The notes: a model not told the origin generated them from the letters alone. A stretch of DNA of 64,000 bases from Octopus sinensis (GCF_006345805.1 NC_043015.1:744001-808000), one strand, 5' to 3'. Shown: positions 27,941 through 41,993, counted from the first letter of the stretch. Made by a program: numbers and translations.

Positions 27941-28279
27941 AAAGGGGTCGGAGTCGCAAACCCTCTTCGGTCACGAATGACCATGGGATTGCTCCTAGAA
28001 ACTTACCCTCTGAGGCACAAGTCCGGGCAAGGTTATTTATGGAAGACCAGCAGTAGCCCATGTATAGCGGCCTCCCTTCTCCGCCCCACTGATGTTATAA
28101 AGGTCGATACAACCTGGCACCTGTGACGTCGCAACTCATTTCTACCGTTGAGTTAACTGGAGCAACGTGAAATAAAGTGTCTTGCTCAAGAACACAACAC
28201 GCAACCCGGTCCGGAATTCGAGCTCACAACCTCGCGGTCATAAGATCGACGCTCTAACCACTGAGCCAGGCGCCTTCAC
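27941..28279 (-). mobile_element. tRNA-derived SINE (family B) with CORE-like central domain
   Basis: Minus-strand head GGCGCCTGGCTCAGTGGTTAGAGCG...GAGCTCGAATTCC, then GTGTTCTTGAGCAAGACACTTTATTTCACGTTGCTCCAG and a distinct tail. Confidence 0.75.
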
Positions 28280-29507
28280 ATATATTCATACATATATACA
28301 AACATGTATGTGGCTAACCGATCTCTTGCCTGCCTATTTTATTTATATACAAAAAAAAATATATATTGAAATTTTATAAAAGTTCCTACCGTTAATGGTT
28401 ATATTTACATGCCGAAATTTACCCGTAATTAATTGTTGCTTGTTTTTTAAAATCTATTAGTTACTCTTATTATATATATATATATAAATATATATAACCA
28501 CAAAACCTAATCTTTATATACCCGCACAACCTTACCATAAACAGTTGTGATCTTCTGGATGTTATACTATCATGATTACTGCTTGATGCAACCATATTCG
28601 AGAATGTAGATCAGAGATTTTTAGCGAGATAATACTCCCGATAATACTTTATATATATGATGAAAGCCTATTCCAAAAGGAGCTAATATCGTTAACTCTT
28701 TTCATAGCACCTGGATGCATGCTAGAAAGCCATTCCTTTTAAAATGTTTATATTTAAGTTTCTATTTAATCATGACATCAAACGAATCGAACGTTATTTT
28801 ATCTCGTTGTTAATTTTGTAATTGTTTCGTGTGATTTTTCTCTTTTTAATTTGATGTAATGACTTGCATTTTTATAATGACTTATAATTCGCTAACCAAC
28901 TGTTTCATTCAAGGAAAACTCAACATTTACAAAGAAGTCTTTTCGAGCGTGAATTCCACTCAGTGTTTTTGACTAATTAATGGCAAGATTATTGCCAACT
29001 GTATTGTTCTTGAGAAAATCTTCGTTGATTTCAACAAATCACATTATCCGTTTACTCGTTGATCCGTTTATCTTAGTGCCATTAAGAGAAAGAGAGTGAA
29101 ATAAAAGGAGAGAGAGAGAAAATGAGAGAGAAATATAGAGAATTGGCGAGGGAGTAGAGATTGGAAAAGAGGACGGTAAGAGCGGATAAAGTGGAGAATT
29201 CCGAGGAAAAAAGAGGAAGAGGGAGTGAAAGAGCTAGAGAGAAGGAGAGAGATAGAAAGAGATATAGAGATGCTAATACTAACCAGCAAAAATCGTTGTA
29301 AGCGTTATAGTTAGTTGTGAATTCATTTGTTTCTCCATAGTATTAATATGCGTAGAGAGACACACACATATACACATATGCTTACGTGTAAACATATAAG
29401 TATCTATATGACAATGTAAACATATATATGTATGTGTGTGAGTCTGTTTTCTGTCTGTGTATGTTCTTATGTATGCATTTATGTGTGTGTATCTATATGC
29501 ATATGGA

Positions 29508-29549
<42 letters not shown>

Positions 29550-29601
29550 AAAGTGTACGTATATATATATATATATATATAATATATATGTGTGTGTGTG
29601 T

Positions 29602-29633
<32 letters not shown>

Positions 29634-29879
29634 ATAGCAATGTATATATATATAATACAAATCGAAATTTTCTTTCCTCAGTCAACCACCAGATTATCCT
29701 CGCAATTTTGGCTGATTATTATTGAGATTGCTCCAATCTGGCCAGCCCCAAGGAAAAACTAAGCTAAGAGCATTAGATTCCTTGGAAGAAAGCAGCGAAT
29801 GTATATAAAACAAGGTTGAAAAAAACGGACAATTTTACACAAATATAGAAACACTAAAAAATTACAATAAAAATGATAA

Positions 29880-31530
29880 CAGGTCAATCCAACAGGTGTC
29901 TTTCGACTAAGGACAAATTGTTCCTGTTGCTCCTCTGTGTTCCTGTTACTATACCAGTTGACTGGGAGATTGAAGTCGCTGAGTTTTGGACTGTTTACTT
30001 TCCTTCTTCCGTCTTTCCTTTTTGTGTTTCTTTTTTCACTATTTCAACATTTTTGTGTGAACTTTTCTTCCAAAACATGGCAGAAAAGAAAAACGAGCAC
30101 TAAGTTGGAGTGGGTGAAAGACTTAGAAGTGGTGTTGAGGACTTATTTAAAGTCGCTCGACAACATCGCCGTTTTCAAAAAGATAGAGATGGAGATGGAG
30201 TTGGCTGACTATCTGCCAAATATAAAATTTATTTCCAGGGGTGCCAAGTATGCAATGGTGTGGTTGCTATTTGACACCCCTGAAGAGGCTCACAAATTTT
30301 CGAGCCAGCCCTTAGAGGGCCATGAGATCCTGTTTCTCCCCACGTATTGGGGGAAGAAGTTGACAAGAGCTTGGGTCTGCGGGTTGCCACCTGGAATGGA
30401 GCCCGAGTGGATAGAAGATACTATCCGTCAGGGCTGGGTTGCAGCGGATCCAAGCTGCTTAATGTAAAAATGTTGCCGGTGGCTGATTGGGTTGGGTCAA
30501 AAGCTGTGTTGACCCTGTGAATCCAATCACAGATTTTCTGACAATGGCTGGTAACAGGTATCCGGTGATACTTGAGAGACGTCCTCCCAAGTGTCACCTG
30601 TGCCTGGAACCATGCCATAAAAAGAACTGTCCCTACGATCAGAGTAGGGACCTAGAGCAGTTAGTTGAGGAAGAATCACCCACTCCTCGTTTGGAGGGAG
30701 ATAAGGAGATGGTTGAGGAGGTGGAGGCCTCCTTAAAGAAAAACGCCGGAAAAGGAAGAAGGTGGGTTGCAATAGCTGCCCACCGAGGGATCCTAAGGCT
30801 GCGGGAGGGAAGGAAAACGAAAAATAATAAAAAGAAAAATGGGGCATTGACGGCGGTTACGAACAAACTGTCGGCATGTCCCGAAACCCCTCGGTGGGAA
30901 TTGTGCTACCGACGGTGGAAACTGAAGCCTCTCCCTTGGTGAAGCAGGAATTTGTAATCTTCTGCTACAAGGGAGGGGCAATTGAAGAATTTATGAAAGG
31001 GTTTACCCTAGAGGGTCGGAGGGGAAGAGTCCTAGCCTTTATTGAGGACCCTGCATGGCATCCGCACGTGGCTGCGAATGTCGTGTCGGAGACAGATATG
31101 CTCAAGGAAATCAACCCCTTCCCGAAGACGCATTCCGCTCCGGGCTGACGCACCCCGACATGGCTCAATCAACGTACTTGAATGACGTGTTGAGCCTGGT
31201 CGAGCGCCGGTGGGTCGGAAAAAAGTAAGTAGCTTAGTGCATCTAACTGAAGGGGCATAGGGCCCAGTATGGAAAAATGTAAGAGGCTTAGTGCCTCATT
31301 TGTAAGGACCTTTGTGTCCAGTTGAACTATAGTAAGGGTTTTATAACATCAGTTTGTTTTTATAAGAGAAAAAAAACAGAACAAGCTTTTCCGGAAGCAG
31401 CGATCGGCGGGGGTCGTCTGCTTCTCTCCTCAATATCATTATTTTTTTCATCTTTCATTTCATTTGTGTGGTTGTCCAGCCCGCATCTGCTTCCATCTAT
31501 GTAAAGCCTTTATGGTTAATTTGATGAACT
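29880..31530 (+). mobile_element. Tx1/L1-like non-LTR element carrying ORF1 only (5' UTR, ORF1 pseudogene, short 3' region); boundaries approximate
   Basis: See the ORF1 feature. No endonuclease or RT coding sequence lies between the ORF1 stop (31148) and the SINE at 31532. Confidence 0.6.
30077..31148 (+). pseudogene. LINE ORF1p (RRM-like region plus CCHC zinc knuckle), frameshifted
   Basis: Stitched: MAEKK/TSTKLEWVKDLEVVLRTY...AMVWLLFDTPEEAHKF...KKLTRAWVCGLPPGMEPEWIEDTI...YPVILERRPPKCHLCLEPCHKKNCP..., then a low-complexity charged region and a C-terminal block ending KTHSAPG*. The GLPP motif, CxxCxxxxH..C knuckle and their order fit Tx1/L1-clade ORF1. At least four frameshifts. Confidence 0.7.
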
Positions 31531-31531
31531 A

Positions 31532-31671
31532 AAGAAGCTTGCTTTCAAGCCACATGGTTCTGGGTTCAGTCTCACTTGGTGACACCTTGGACATTTGTCT
31601 TCTATTATAACCTCGGGCCGACTAAAATCTTGTAAGTGGATTTGGTAAACGAAAACTGAAAGAAGCCCGTC

Positions 31672-31717
<46 letters not shown>

Positions 31718-31954
31718 TGTGTGTGTGTGTATGTATATATTTGTCTGTCAGTGTTTGTCCCCCACACCACCATCGCCTGTCAACCGATGCTGGTGCGTTT
31801 ACATGCTATTAACTTAACGGTTCGGTAAAAGAGACCGATAGAATAAGTACTAGGTTTTCAAAGAATAAGTCATGGGGCCTGTTCGTCCAAAAGCGGTGGG
31901 TGCTCCAGCATAGCCGCAGTCAAAATTAGTGAAACAAGTAAAAGAATAAAAGAA
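31532..31954 (+). mobile_element. SINE family A lacking the first ~20 nt of its head
   Basis: Begins AAGAAGCTTGCT directly after the Tx1-like 3' region; the rest is collinear with the other copies. Confidence 0.8.
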
Positions 31955-32135
31955 TTATATATATATATTACGAGAGCGGAAAAGTAAGAGAGAGAGAGAG
32001 AGATTTGGAAACAGAATTTGCTAGAAAATGAGATTTGTGAAAATAGTTTCCCCCATCTAATACAGTTCTCTAGAAGAGCTTCAATTTTATATCTGTAAGC
32101 TTCCTTTTCTCTATCTTTCATTCTCTCTTTCCCCT

Positions 32136-32166
<31 letters not shown>

Positions 32167-33064
32167 GTCTTTCTATCTCTCCCCCCTCTCTCTCTCTCTG
32201 TACATATCTCAAGCGAACAGGTCCATTTTTGTTTCCACTTTCAACCGATAATTTAGACAGGAAAAATCCACCCAACTCTACTCATAAATCTGCTATCTCT
32301 AATTAGCTCTTAATTTTCTTAGCTCTACATTTTCATGTTCTTCTTTCAGTTATTGATTTATTTATTTATTTATCTATTTATTTATTTATTTGTTTGCTTA
32401 TTTCTAATTTCGTATCGCTGTATATATTCCTGTTTTGCCAAAAAGCATTCAAACGCACGTGAAGAATAGACAGCGTAAAGGAAAGAAGCCGAGGAAGGAG
32501 AAGAATCTGTAAGAAGCATGTATCAACAGGTTACACCTGATATTAATGAATATGACGCTTTACGTCTCAAAGTTAATGTCATCATGTTAACAATGGACGA
32601 GATGTCATTACACAACAAAGACTCTACTCTAAGCCTAATGAGGATAATTAAATATTGACAAACACGCTTATATTTAACTGACAGCTCACTTTTGCTATCA
32701 GCGCTCACACATGTGTACGTACTATGTGCATACTTCCATGCGTTCGCACATGCAAACATGCTGCATATATGCGTGCACGTATGTGCTTGTGTGCATGTGT
32801 GCTCTGTGTGTAAAAGTGCTTTTGTTAGAATAACAAAATAAAAACTCGCGACTGTGATAAAGTACGCAATACCCTCATTACAGTAAAATTTTGCATATTT
32901 GTTACTATTATCCAAAATGTGCGATTAATTACAGAGGTAGTTTGATTTATTTGAAACAATGCACACACATACATACATACACATATATGTATGTATTTAT
33001 GTACGTATGTATGTATGTATGTATGTATGTATGTATGTATGTAGTATGTATGTATGTATGTATG

Positions 33065-33095
<31 letters not shown>

Positions 33096-33239
33096 GTATG
33101 TATGTATGGAGCAATCTCAAGATTAATCAGCCGAAATTGCGAAGATGATCCGGTTCTTGACTGAAGATTGAAGGCTTCGAATGACCCGCCCGTGTTTTTT
33201 GTATCGTCTTCTGAATGTTTTGCGTTTTGTCCCATTTTG

Positions 33240-33279
<40 letters not shown>

Positions 33280-33298
33280 CGACGTACGTACCCTTTAT

Positions 33299-33331
<33 letters not shown>

Positions 33332-33340
33332 TTATATATA

Positions 33341-33384
<44 letters not shown>

Positions 33385-33399
33385 TATATATAATATATA

Positions 33400-33442
<43 letters not shown>

Positions 33443-34521
33443 ATATATCTTATCCTCAACTTGCACAATTGCAGAGGCACCAAAGCATGTATATTCTAAA
33501 TAAAAAGAATGGAATCATGCCCCACTACAGACGAAAATATATTCGTAGCCCCACAAAGTGGTTACGCTGTACAGGATAATACATATATGAGGACTTCCAC
33601 AGGCACACTTAAAGTAGGCCTTTATCAGAACCCGTGCTCCTATGCTCTCTTGAAAACCATTTTGCATAGACAGAATATTTACATTTGTCGAAACAGTTGC
33701 AGTTGCCAAACACGTTCACAAACATTTTCTAATATATCATAGCACAGACTATGAAGAAAATATTAAGAATGTACAATATTTTTAACGAATTATAACGATC
33801 AATCAATATTAATAAAGGCTAAAATAATTCATAGGATTAAAACGAATTATAAAGATGTATATAGGCCATCATTTTGTGGACGAAACAATATTCTTAAGTC
33901 TTTTCCTAAGGATAGAAGCAAATTGGATACATTTATTAAATTAAATTAAATTAAATCATATAAAATTAGTCATCATATGTTGTTGGTAAAAAGAGCGGGT
34001 AAATGTAGCCTAAATATTATCACTTATATGGATTAATTGTATTAAGAGACGCTATGCTACTTAAATATAATCCATGAATTTAATTACTAAGTAATTAAGG
34101 TCTATAATGTAGGGTTATATGTAACTAGTTTGCCCTCGGAGGCGACTTTATTGCATCAGCTCAGATTATGGATAGGATACGGGCATTTGATCCATAATTT
34201 ATCCGACCTCTTAATACAAGTAGACATACACTTTAAGAGTTACACCAATTCAAAGCTGCAGAGACTGGAACGATATATATCGCCAATGCAAGGCTTAGTG
34301 TGTGTAGCGATGTTCTACGTTTGTTGAAACTACATGTTTGTACTTTAATTCACAGACCTTCCCGAATGAGCGATTTCGATTTTGATTTATCTTTATTTCT
34401 AAAAGTAAAGTATGAGCATGATTAGGTAAACTGTATATTTAATGAGAGAAGTGGATCATACGTAAATGTGTTTGCTAGTTTACAGACAAGAAACTAATTT
34501 TCGAACCTAGTATAGCTGTGA

Positions 34522-34556
<35 letters not shown>

Positions 34557-35920
34557 TGTATGTATGTATGTATGTATGTATGTATTATGTATGTATGTAT
34601 GATGTATGTATGAATGTATGTATGAATGTATGTATGTATGTATGTATGTATGTGTATGTATGTATGCATGTATGTATGTATGTATGTATGTATGTACGTG
34701 TATGTATGTAAGTGTGTGTGTGCGCGTGTGTATGTGTTTATTTGTGTATGCATTTATGTTCATTTGCGTGTCCATCAATTCTTGCTCCAGGTATTTAATT
34801 TGTTCAAATATGTTTCAGCCACTGAACAGCCAGTTCCAGTAGTTGATTATTGCAAAAAGAAAAAAAAAACGAAGAAAGAAAGAAAGAAACAAACAAACAG
34901 AAGTGATAACCTGACTCTTTGTGGTAACATTACCGAACATTTAATAACCACAAACACAATTTCCACGCCATCTACAAGTTTAGATCAATAAACCTTCGCA
35001 AGGCGAGACAAGAATTGTCATGAAGCTCCTCCCAGCGGAATTAAGTTTTATTAGAGACTCTAAACATTAAAGTGATTGATATGCAATGAAGATTTCCTCA
35101 TTTAGTTTTATAAGAAAATAAGGCATCTTATTTATTTATCCAATTCAACAGTGGTTAATTCTATACATCTACATTAAAATTCCTACACTTGACAGCTTAA
35201 AACTATGTGAAATATTTCTATAAACGATATTAGGTAGTATCTTCGATGATGCTATAGCATGGAAAAACATAGGGAGCCCAAAGAGTGAAGAGGAGTGGCT
35301 CTAAAAATGTGCGTATGTACATATGTGGTATTGGTAACCTATAACGAAGCTTAGCCCAAAATGGCGCATTTTGTAATTCATATTTTGCTTTTCATTGTTG
35401 TGACAAATACAAAGCGAACTACTGTAAAGAGCTCTCATTTTCATGGACGTAATGGTCTTTATTCTCCATGCAAAAATTCATGACCAAGCGCCAGACAGTT
35501 TTAAGATGAGGGCTTCCCATGTATGTTCAGTCACACAAAGACTCACAAACACACAAGAACATACCTTCGTAAATACATACAAACATGTATACATAGATAC
35601 ATACATACATATATACATACATGCATGACTTAACGTGCAACTGGTTATATTGCGTTACATACAAAAAGTAACACTCAATACCACACACAAACACTCACAT
35701 ATATACATGTATGTGTGTGCATATGGATTTGTGTGTGCGTGTGTATTTTTGTGCGTATGTAGTTTGTGTATTTTGCAAGCATACACATACATTAAGAATA
35801 TATAAATATATATACGTATGGTGTATGAATACGTCCTTACATATGTGTCTGTGCATATATATATATATATAACAAACTGGAATATAAATATATATATAAA
35901 TATATACATACATACACACG

Positions 35921-35976
<56 letters not shown>

Positions 35977-38701
35977 TACATATATATTCACACATTTATA
36001 CATACATACAAATTTACATACATACATGCAAACATACATATGCACATGAGTGTAAGTGCGCGTGTATATATACGTATGTTATGTGTATATAAACGTGTGA
36101 ATGTTTGTCGTTCTGTATAACTTGTTTATCTTCATCAATTGTGCTAACCTTTTGCGTTATAAGTAGATAATTCCATTTACTCACGCAAGCATACAACTCC
36201 TTAAATTGTAGATATCAGTACAATTATTGCTAGGAAGAAACAGATTTTTCGCTATCGTACACGCAAAGACACTCACGTACTGAAATAAATGCACACACAA
36301 CAACTAGCACACGCAGGCCTGCATAAAAATCACACACACGCATACACACGTATACAGTGATATTTATATTTGTCTATCTGTTTTCATTTGTATCAAATTT
36401 TATAAAAAAACTGTTTGAAAATTAAAGCGGCTTTGTCTGACGAATATTTAAATGAATACAAAGTTATTGCTAATCATCTACAGTCATTTATAATCGCAAT
36501 AACAATGAAAAAAATATTAATAATAACGGACTTACAATAAAGTATAATAAGAATAATATTAATAATAGTACCAACGATAAACAAAAGAAAAAGAAGAAAA
36601 TTTAAAATATCCATGATATATTTTTAAAATAAAAAATAAATAATAATAATACAAATAATATTAACCATAATTTTAATTTTTGATAATAATTATAATAAAA
36701 AAATAATAATGATAATAATAATCACGGTTATGAAATATAATCGTGATGATCATCATTATAATAACGTGTGTAAATGCTTCTGGCGATTGAATATTAAAGA
36801 GCGATTCTCATTCTTAAAGATAACTATGTTTGTTGTTAAGTTTTTAACGTTAGCTATCTTCATTCACGTATTTTTTTCCCTTTTGTTTTTAACTATTATC
36901 TTATACTTTCTTTCACAAATTTGCTGATAACCTCCGTGAAAGAATTTCTTTCTTTCTTTCTTTCTGTTATTTGGTCTTTATTTTTACTCTTTCTTTTTTG
37001 TTATTTTTTGTTTTTGTTTTTTTGTTGTTTTTTTTGTCACTTATTTTTCGTTCTTGATAATCGACAGAAAGAACTATTCATAGATATCTCCTTGCTCTGT
37101 GTGAATCATAATACGATGGGAATTATAATAGAAAATATCGTGTGAGATAACTGTTGATTATAAATTATTTTTGTAAAAACATAAGACAGCTCACACGCTA
37201 TGAAGACGCACGCGTGCATATACACGAACACAACTACAAGTACACACACACACACACACACACATACACACATATACACACATGCTGATGCGGGCTCACA
37301 TATATAAATTTGCGCGCAACACGACTTGCAAGAGAGCGCATTCACACACACACACACACGCACACGCACACACACGTGTATTAGAGACGTAATAAACGAA
37401 TTTATATGTTCATGCATATACCTATATACATACATGCACACATATATACACATATATATTTATACGTTAAACAATATATATGCTAAAGAATATAATATAG
37501 GTCAATATATTTAAACTTTCGATTCTGGTTTGAAATATGCGTGTTATATCATTCTGTAATTCTGGTGCGGTTGTGTGTTGTATGATTAAACGCTTACAAT
37601 GATTACATACAACTTTACGCTAACTTACACATAAAGAAATCGAGCCACAGGTACGCACGTGCACACACATGCACCCCCATACACGTGTGTGTGTTTGTGC
37701 GTGTGTGCATAGGCATTTATGTGTGTGTATGTGTTATTTACGTGTGTGCGTGTCCCTGTAAATAGCATGATTAAATCGTCTTATTCGACATGTGTGGAAG
37801 AAGCTCACTCATATTAATTCTGTCTTCTACAAACAGTATTTGATTTTCTTAATTAATTTAAATTATGATGTACCTGATGCGTTTAATAAAGCACTTTAAA
37901 TTAATTATCAGAATCCTTCCAACTAGTACTTACCAGTTCTTTGCCGTATCTATAACATATGATTTGATTTACTTACGCATTTGTCAGAGGGAATTATATA
38001 TAAGTCGCTTATAGATATACGAATATATAATAGTATCATTCTAAACAAAGGTTTGTGTAATCCTCTATGAGGAAATTCAACCTATTAAGAATCATTTTCG
38101 AAAATTCTCACGAAGGATCGTAATGTTAAAAAAAATATTGCAAGTATAAATCTAAATTTTATTTGGTCTGTAAAATAAAGACACAATAATTATAAATTCC
38201 GTGGTATATATTAAAGCAAGGCTGACCTAGGGTTCGACAAGACAGGCGGTTCTACAGATGTCCTGAGTCTTACAAAAGAAACCAAAGATGAATCGCTAAA
38301 ATCTTAGAATTTAACGATCTGGGTTCCTACTAACAATTCATCATTTTCTTATATTCCCTGTGAATGAACGAAAGGACACTATACATAAATATGCATTCTA
38401 ATTGCTTTTAACTATGTAAACAAAATACGGATGTTTTCAGTTAAAGTTAGCGATGAAATTACGATGCATAGGAATTCTTTTTAAAGCATAAAGGATAAAA
38501 ATTTGATCTAATTAGATTAGTCCGAATATTCTCGAAAAGTGTTTTAAGGACATCATCAGTAGCAATGCAGCGTCATAAATTATATGATTTTCATTGAAAG
38601 CTATACAGATTAGATCATATTCGCGAATATATATATATGTATATAGATAGGTATGTGTGTGTGCATGTGTACGTGTGGCTGTGTGTGTACATTATATATA
38701 C

Positions 38702-38784
<83 letters not shown>

Positions 38785-39879
38785 ATGTATGCTTTCAAGG
38801 AATCTCATCGCAAATTAAGTGAATTATTGCTTTATGTAACTATTTTCTTCTTTAGAAGCAATACAAAATATAAGACTAAAGCATATTCACAAATACGAAA
38901 AAAAGATACGAGAATCAAAGGTTTTATCGCAAATAAACAGACAAAGGTAATCTTTCTCTTATATAAAAGACACTTATTGAAGATTTAATATGAATGTGGC
39001 TTGAAAACGCAAAAATGCTTCCAAACATTAAAGAGAAAATCTGAAACACAAGAAACTACTACAAGTTTAGAGAGATAAAGCAGTAAAACAGCTACGTAAA
39101 GTGAGTGAATAGGTATGCGAAGGTAAGGAATAAGTGGCACAATCGGAAAGGGAAATTATATACCTTCTAATCACTTCGTATATTCATGAGATAAACTGAG
39201 TATTCTAGGATTGGTGGTAATAGTTAGCAATATTTACTTTTATTTGCTACGGTTTTGTTTAAGACAAAGTACATAGAATTCACCACGAATAAGCCCTCAT
39301 CTTCCGCAAAAGGAAGTTTTAGTATTCATAAATACATGCTTGCTTCTAGATGCGTATACATACATACATACCTGTATACATGCGTACATAATACTTACCT
39401 ACATACATACATACATGCATGCATACATACATACATACATACATACATACATACATACATACATACATACATACATACATACATACATACATGCATACAT
39501 ACATACATACATACATACATACATACATACATACATAGATACATACATGCATACATACACAAAAGGAATAAGGTTTCCGATTTCAGTTTTTATGTTTATA
39601 ATATGTAGAACTTTCAGTTTCTGTGATTGTAACGCAGTTTTGTAGATTAAATAGGGAAATTAACCCAGCGCTAATTAAGAATATAATTAATTACCTAAAA
39701 TCCCTATTTTTACATGAGAATGTATCTTGATCTTTCCTTCTCTCTCTCTCTATTCATCTCCGTTACCCATTTCACTTTTTCTACTCACATATACAGAAAC
39801 ACACTGACCAATATACATACTTAAGCATGTGTATTTGTATAAATCACCGGGTACATATTATATATGCGTTTCTGTATAC

Positions 39880-40020
39880 CAAGGGTCACCAAACTTTTTC
39901 GACCATCGACCTGCCCTTTTAGCTACTTCTCCTTCCTCCTCGACCCCTTTTAATCAGTTTCATCCCGCATCGACCCCCTTAGCCACTTCTCCCTCCGCAT
40001 CGACCACCCTCCTCGTTTAA
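39880..40020 (+). mobile_element. probable hAT (Charlie-like) left-end fragment
   Basis: CAAGGGTCACCAAACTTTTT resembles the CAGGGGTCxCCAAACT terminus of hAT-Charlie elements, followed by repeated (GCA)TCGACC motifs. No matching right end found. Confidence 0.35.
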
Positions 40021-40689
40021 AATAACTCAATACCCTACCCTACGTACCTTATCTTTAATGCGTACCGGGTACTGATGCTGGCAATTAAAATATCGGCTAA
40101 GATATACACATACGACAAATTAACAAGTTATATTGAAAACAACACACTTTTTACATTTAAAACTACGTGTACTTCAATATGGTTGTTCCGTGACAACAGA
40201 CGTTACTGCCGTTTTTAACCCAAGGAGGTTTTTAACCCCCAAATGTTTATCCTTGCGATCTGCATCCGATATATCGATATATATATATATATTGCAAGCA
40301 TGGGAGCAAATACCTACCGCAGGAAATTTCTAATCCCTCTGTTATCAACCAGCTTGAGCTAACTCGCCAGAACAAAGATAACTTTCTTTATTGGCTACAC
40401 AGGGCTGAAATACAGAGGGGACAAATACAAATGTAGACCTTTTCTTTTCGAAGATGGAAAAAGAAAACAGGAAACAAGAAAGGAAACAAATGTTAAATTC
40501 CGATCAAAAGGGATCGGAAAAAGAAAAAAATAGCGATCAAAAGGGATCGTGTATCGCAGAAACAATTATTTTTAACAGTAAGAAACAAAATTAGGTTCAT
40601 CCTACGGAAAAAAAAGCCCACGGAAAAGACCACGGTAACCTCAGTCAGGGAGGATAGTTTCCACCAGAACGAGCAACAATAGTCAAACG

Positions 40690-41200
40690 CAGTGTGTGAA
40701 TGGGTGGTGCATATGAGCAACAATGTTTCTTTTTATGCACATATCACCATGATGGAGGGTGGCATTGTGCAGACGAGTGTCCGGATGGATTCAGAGGACA
40801 TTGAGAATAACGCCAGGGAACTATACTTTCCAATGGAAGATATTTGTTCTCAGCCATTTGCACTACTGTATCTACGAAAATTTCATAGATGTCGAGGGTG
40901 CTCAGGAGTTCTACCCCATGAAAATTCCGTCAAGGAAGCAGTTGGCACAAAGAAAAAGACTAAAATAACTGCGACTCGGCTCCTTGGAGAGATTACGGGA
41001 TATATGTGCAGTCTAGAGTAAGAAGAGGATATTGCTGTTACTGGGATGCAAAAGACTACAGCCATTTAAAATCTTGTGAAAAACTACGGAGTGGAAGTAC
41101 ATATATTTTAGAGGTACCTTGACCTCTAGCAGATGGATTGGCACAATTGCTAGAAACTAAAAGAAAAAAAAAAGGCAGCAATCTCAAACAATCTCATTCC
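40690..41200 (+). pseudogene. CR1/L2-group LINE reverse transcriptase C-terminal (thumb) remnant
   Basis: Peptides VHMSNNVSFYAHIT, CRRVSGWIQRTL, WKIFVLSHLHYC, EGAQEFYPMKIPS...RLK*LRLGSLERLRD, NLVKNYGVE and AAISNNLI follow the CR1-group order (LGIxMS...GWILRTF...LVLSHLDYC...LExVQR...RLKxLxLYSLERRR). Confidence 0.75.
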
Positions 41201-41311
41201 GAAAAGCCAAATAAGAATGGTCGCTGAAAAGGTGATGATACTAATGGTGCTCCATCAAAGCCGCTGACTTTTTGTATAAATGAATAAAAGAATACAAGAT
41301 TGTTCATAGAC

Positions 41312-41373
<62 letters not shown>

Positions 41374-41404
41374 GTAAATAGATATAATCACACACACACA
41401 ATCC

Positions 41405-41444
<40 letters not shown>

Positions 41445-41993
41445 TATATATACGCACTCTTTCTCTCTCGCACACACGCAGACACAGACACATCCACGCA
41501 CGAACAAGCCCCTCCCAAATCGGTTTAATTCTGGATTATGTGGCTCTATATTAAACACTTATGATTCTTTGAAATTTTCAACATGGTCTTACATGATTCA
41601 CATTCGATAAAGATCAATATGTGATTCTAATTATCTATCACTATGCATACAAACGTTCGCGAGTGCACACACACGGACACATACACAACCATGTTTTCAT
41701 AAGTACACTTGCACTTATATTTCATCTTCCACCCCTCCTCCTCAATGTTTGTTCTCACATCAGTGCATTCTTTTCGTAACCCTTTCCCCAATCACGCCTC
41801 CTTTCTTGTTCTATTTTCTTTTCCCCTTACCTATCAAGTGTACGAATCTTTTTCAAGGACCCCTTCTATATGTGCCCGTCTGCAAAATGCAACCCCAATT
41901 GTGATTTGGGATTTGATACGATGAAAATATTGTGTTCTCTACCGAATATTTTCTGATTTCCAGTTGATAAATAATGCAGTAAATCCAGCTTTG

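Noticed and set aside
31276-31290. NVRGL as the start of an APE endonuclease (ORF2)
   Set aside because: A stop follows within a few codons and no downstream APE motifs (QETH, GDFN, SDH) are present.
32500-34330. Short unique ORF-like islands (32519-32658, 33509-33742, 34130-34327)
   Set aside because: No recognisable motifs and no consistent splice-site pairs; lengths are compatible with chance.
40700-40810. EGF-like reading CVNG...HCADECPDGFRGH
   Set aside because: Requires frameshifts and stops; the overlapping frames give a longer, ordered match to a CR1-group RT C-terminus.
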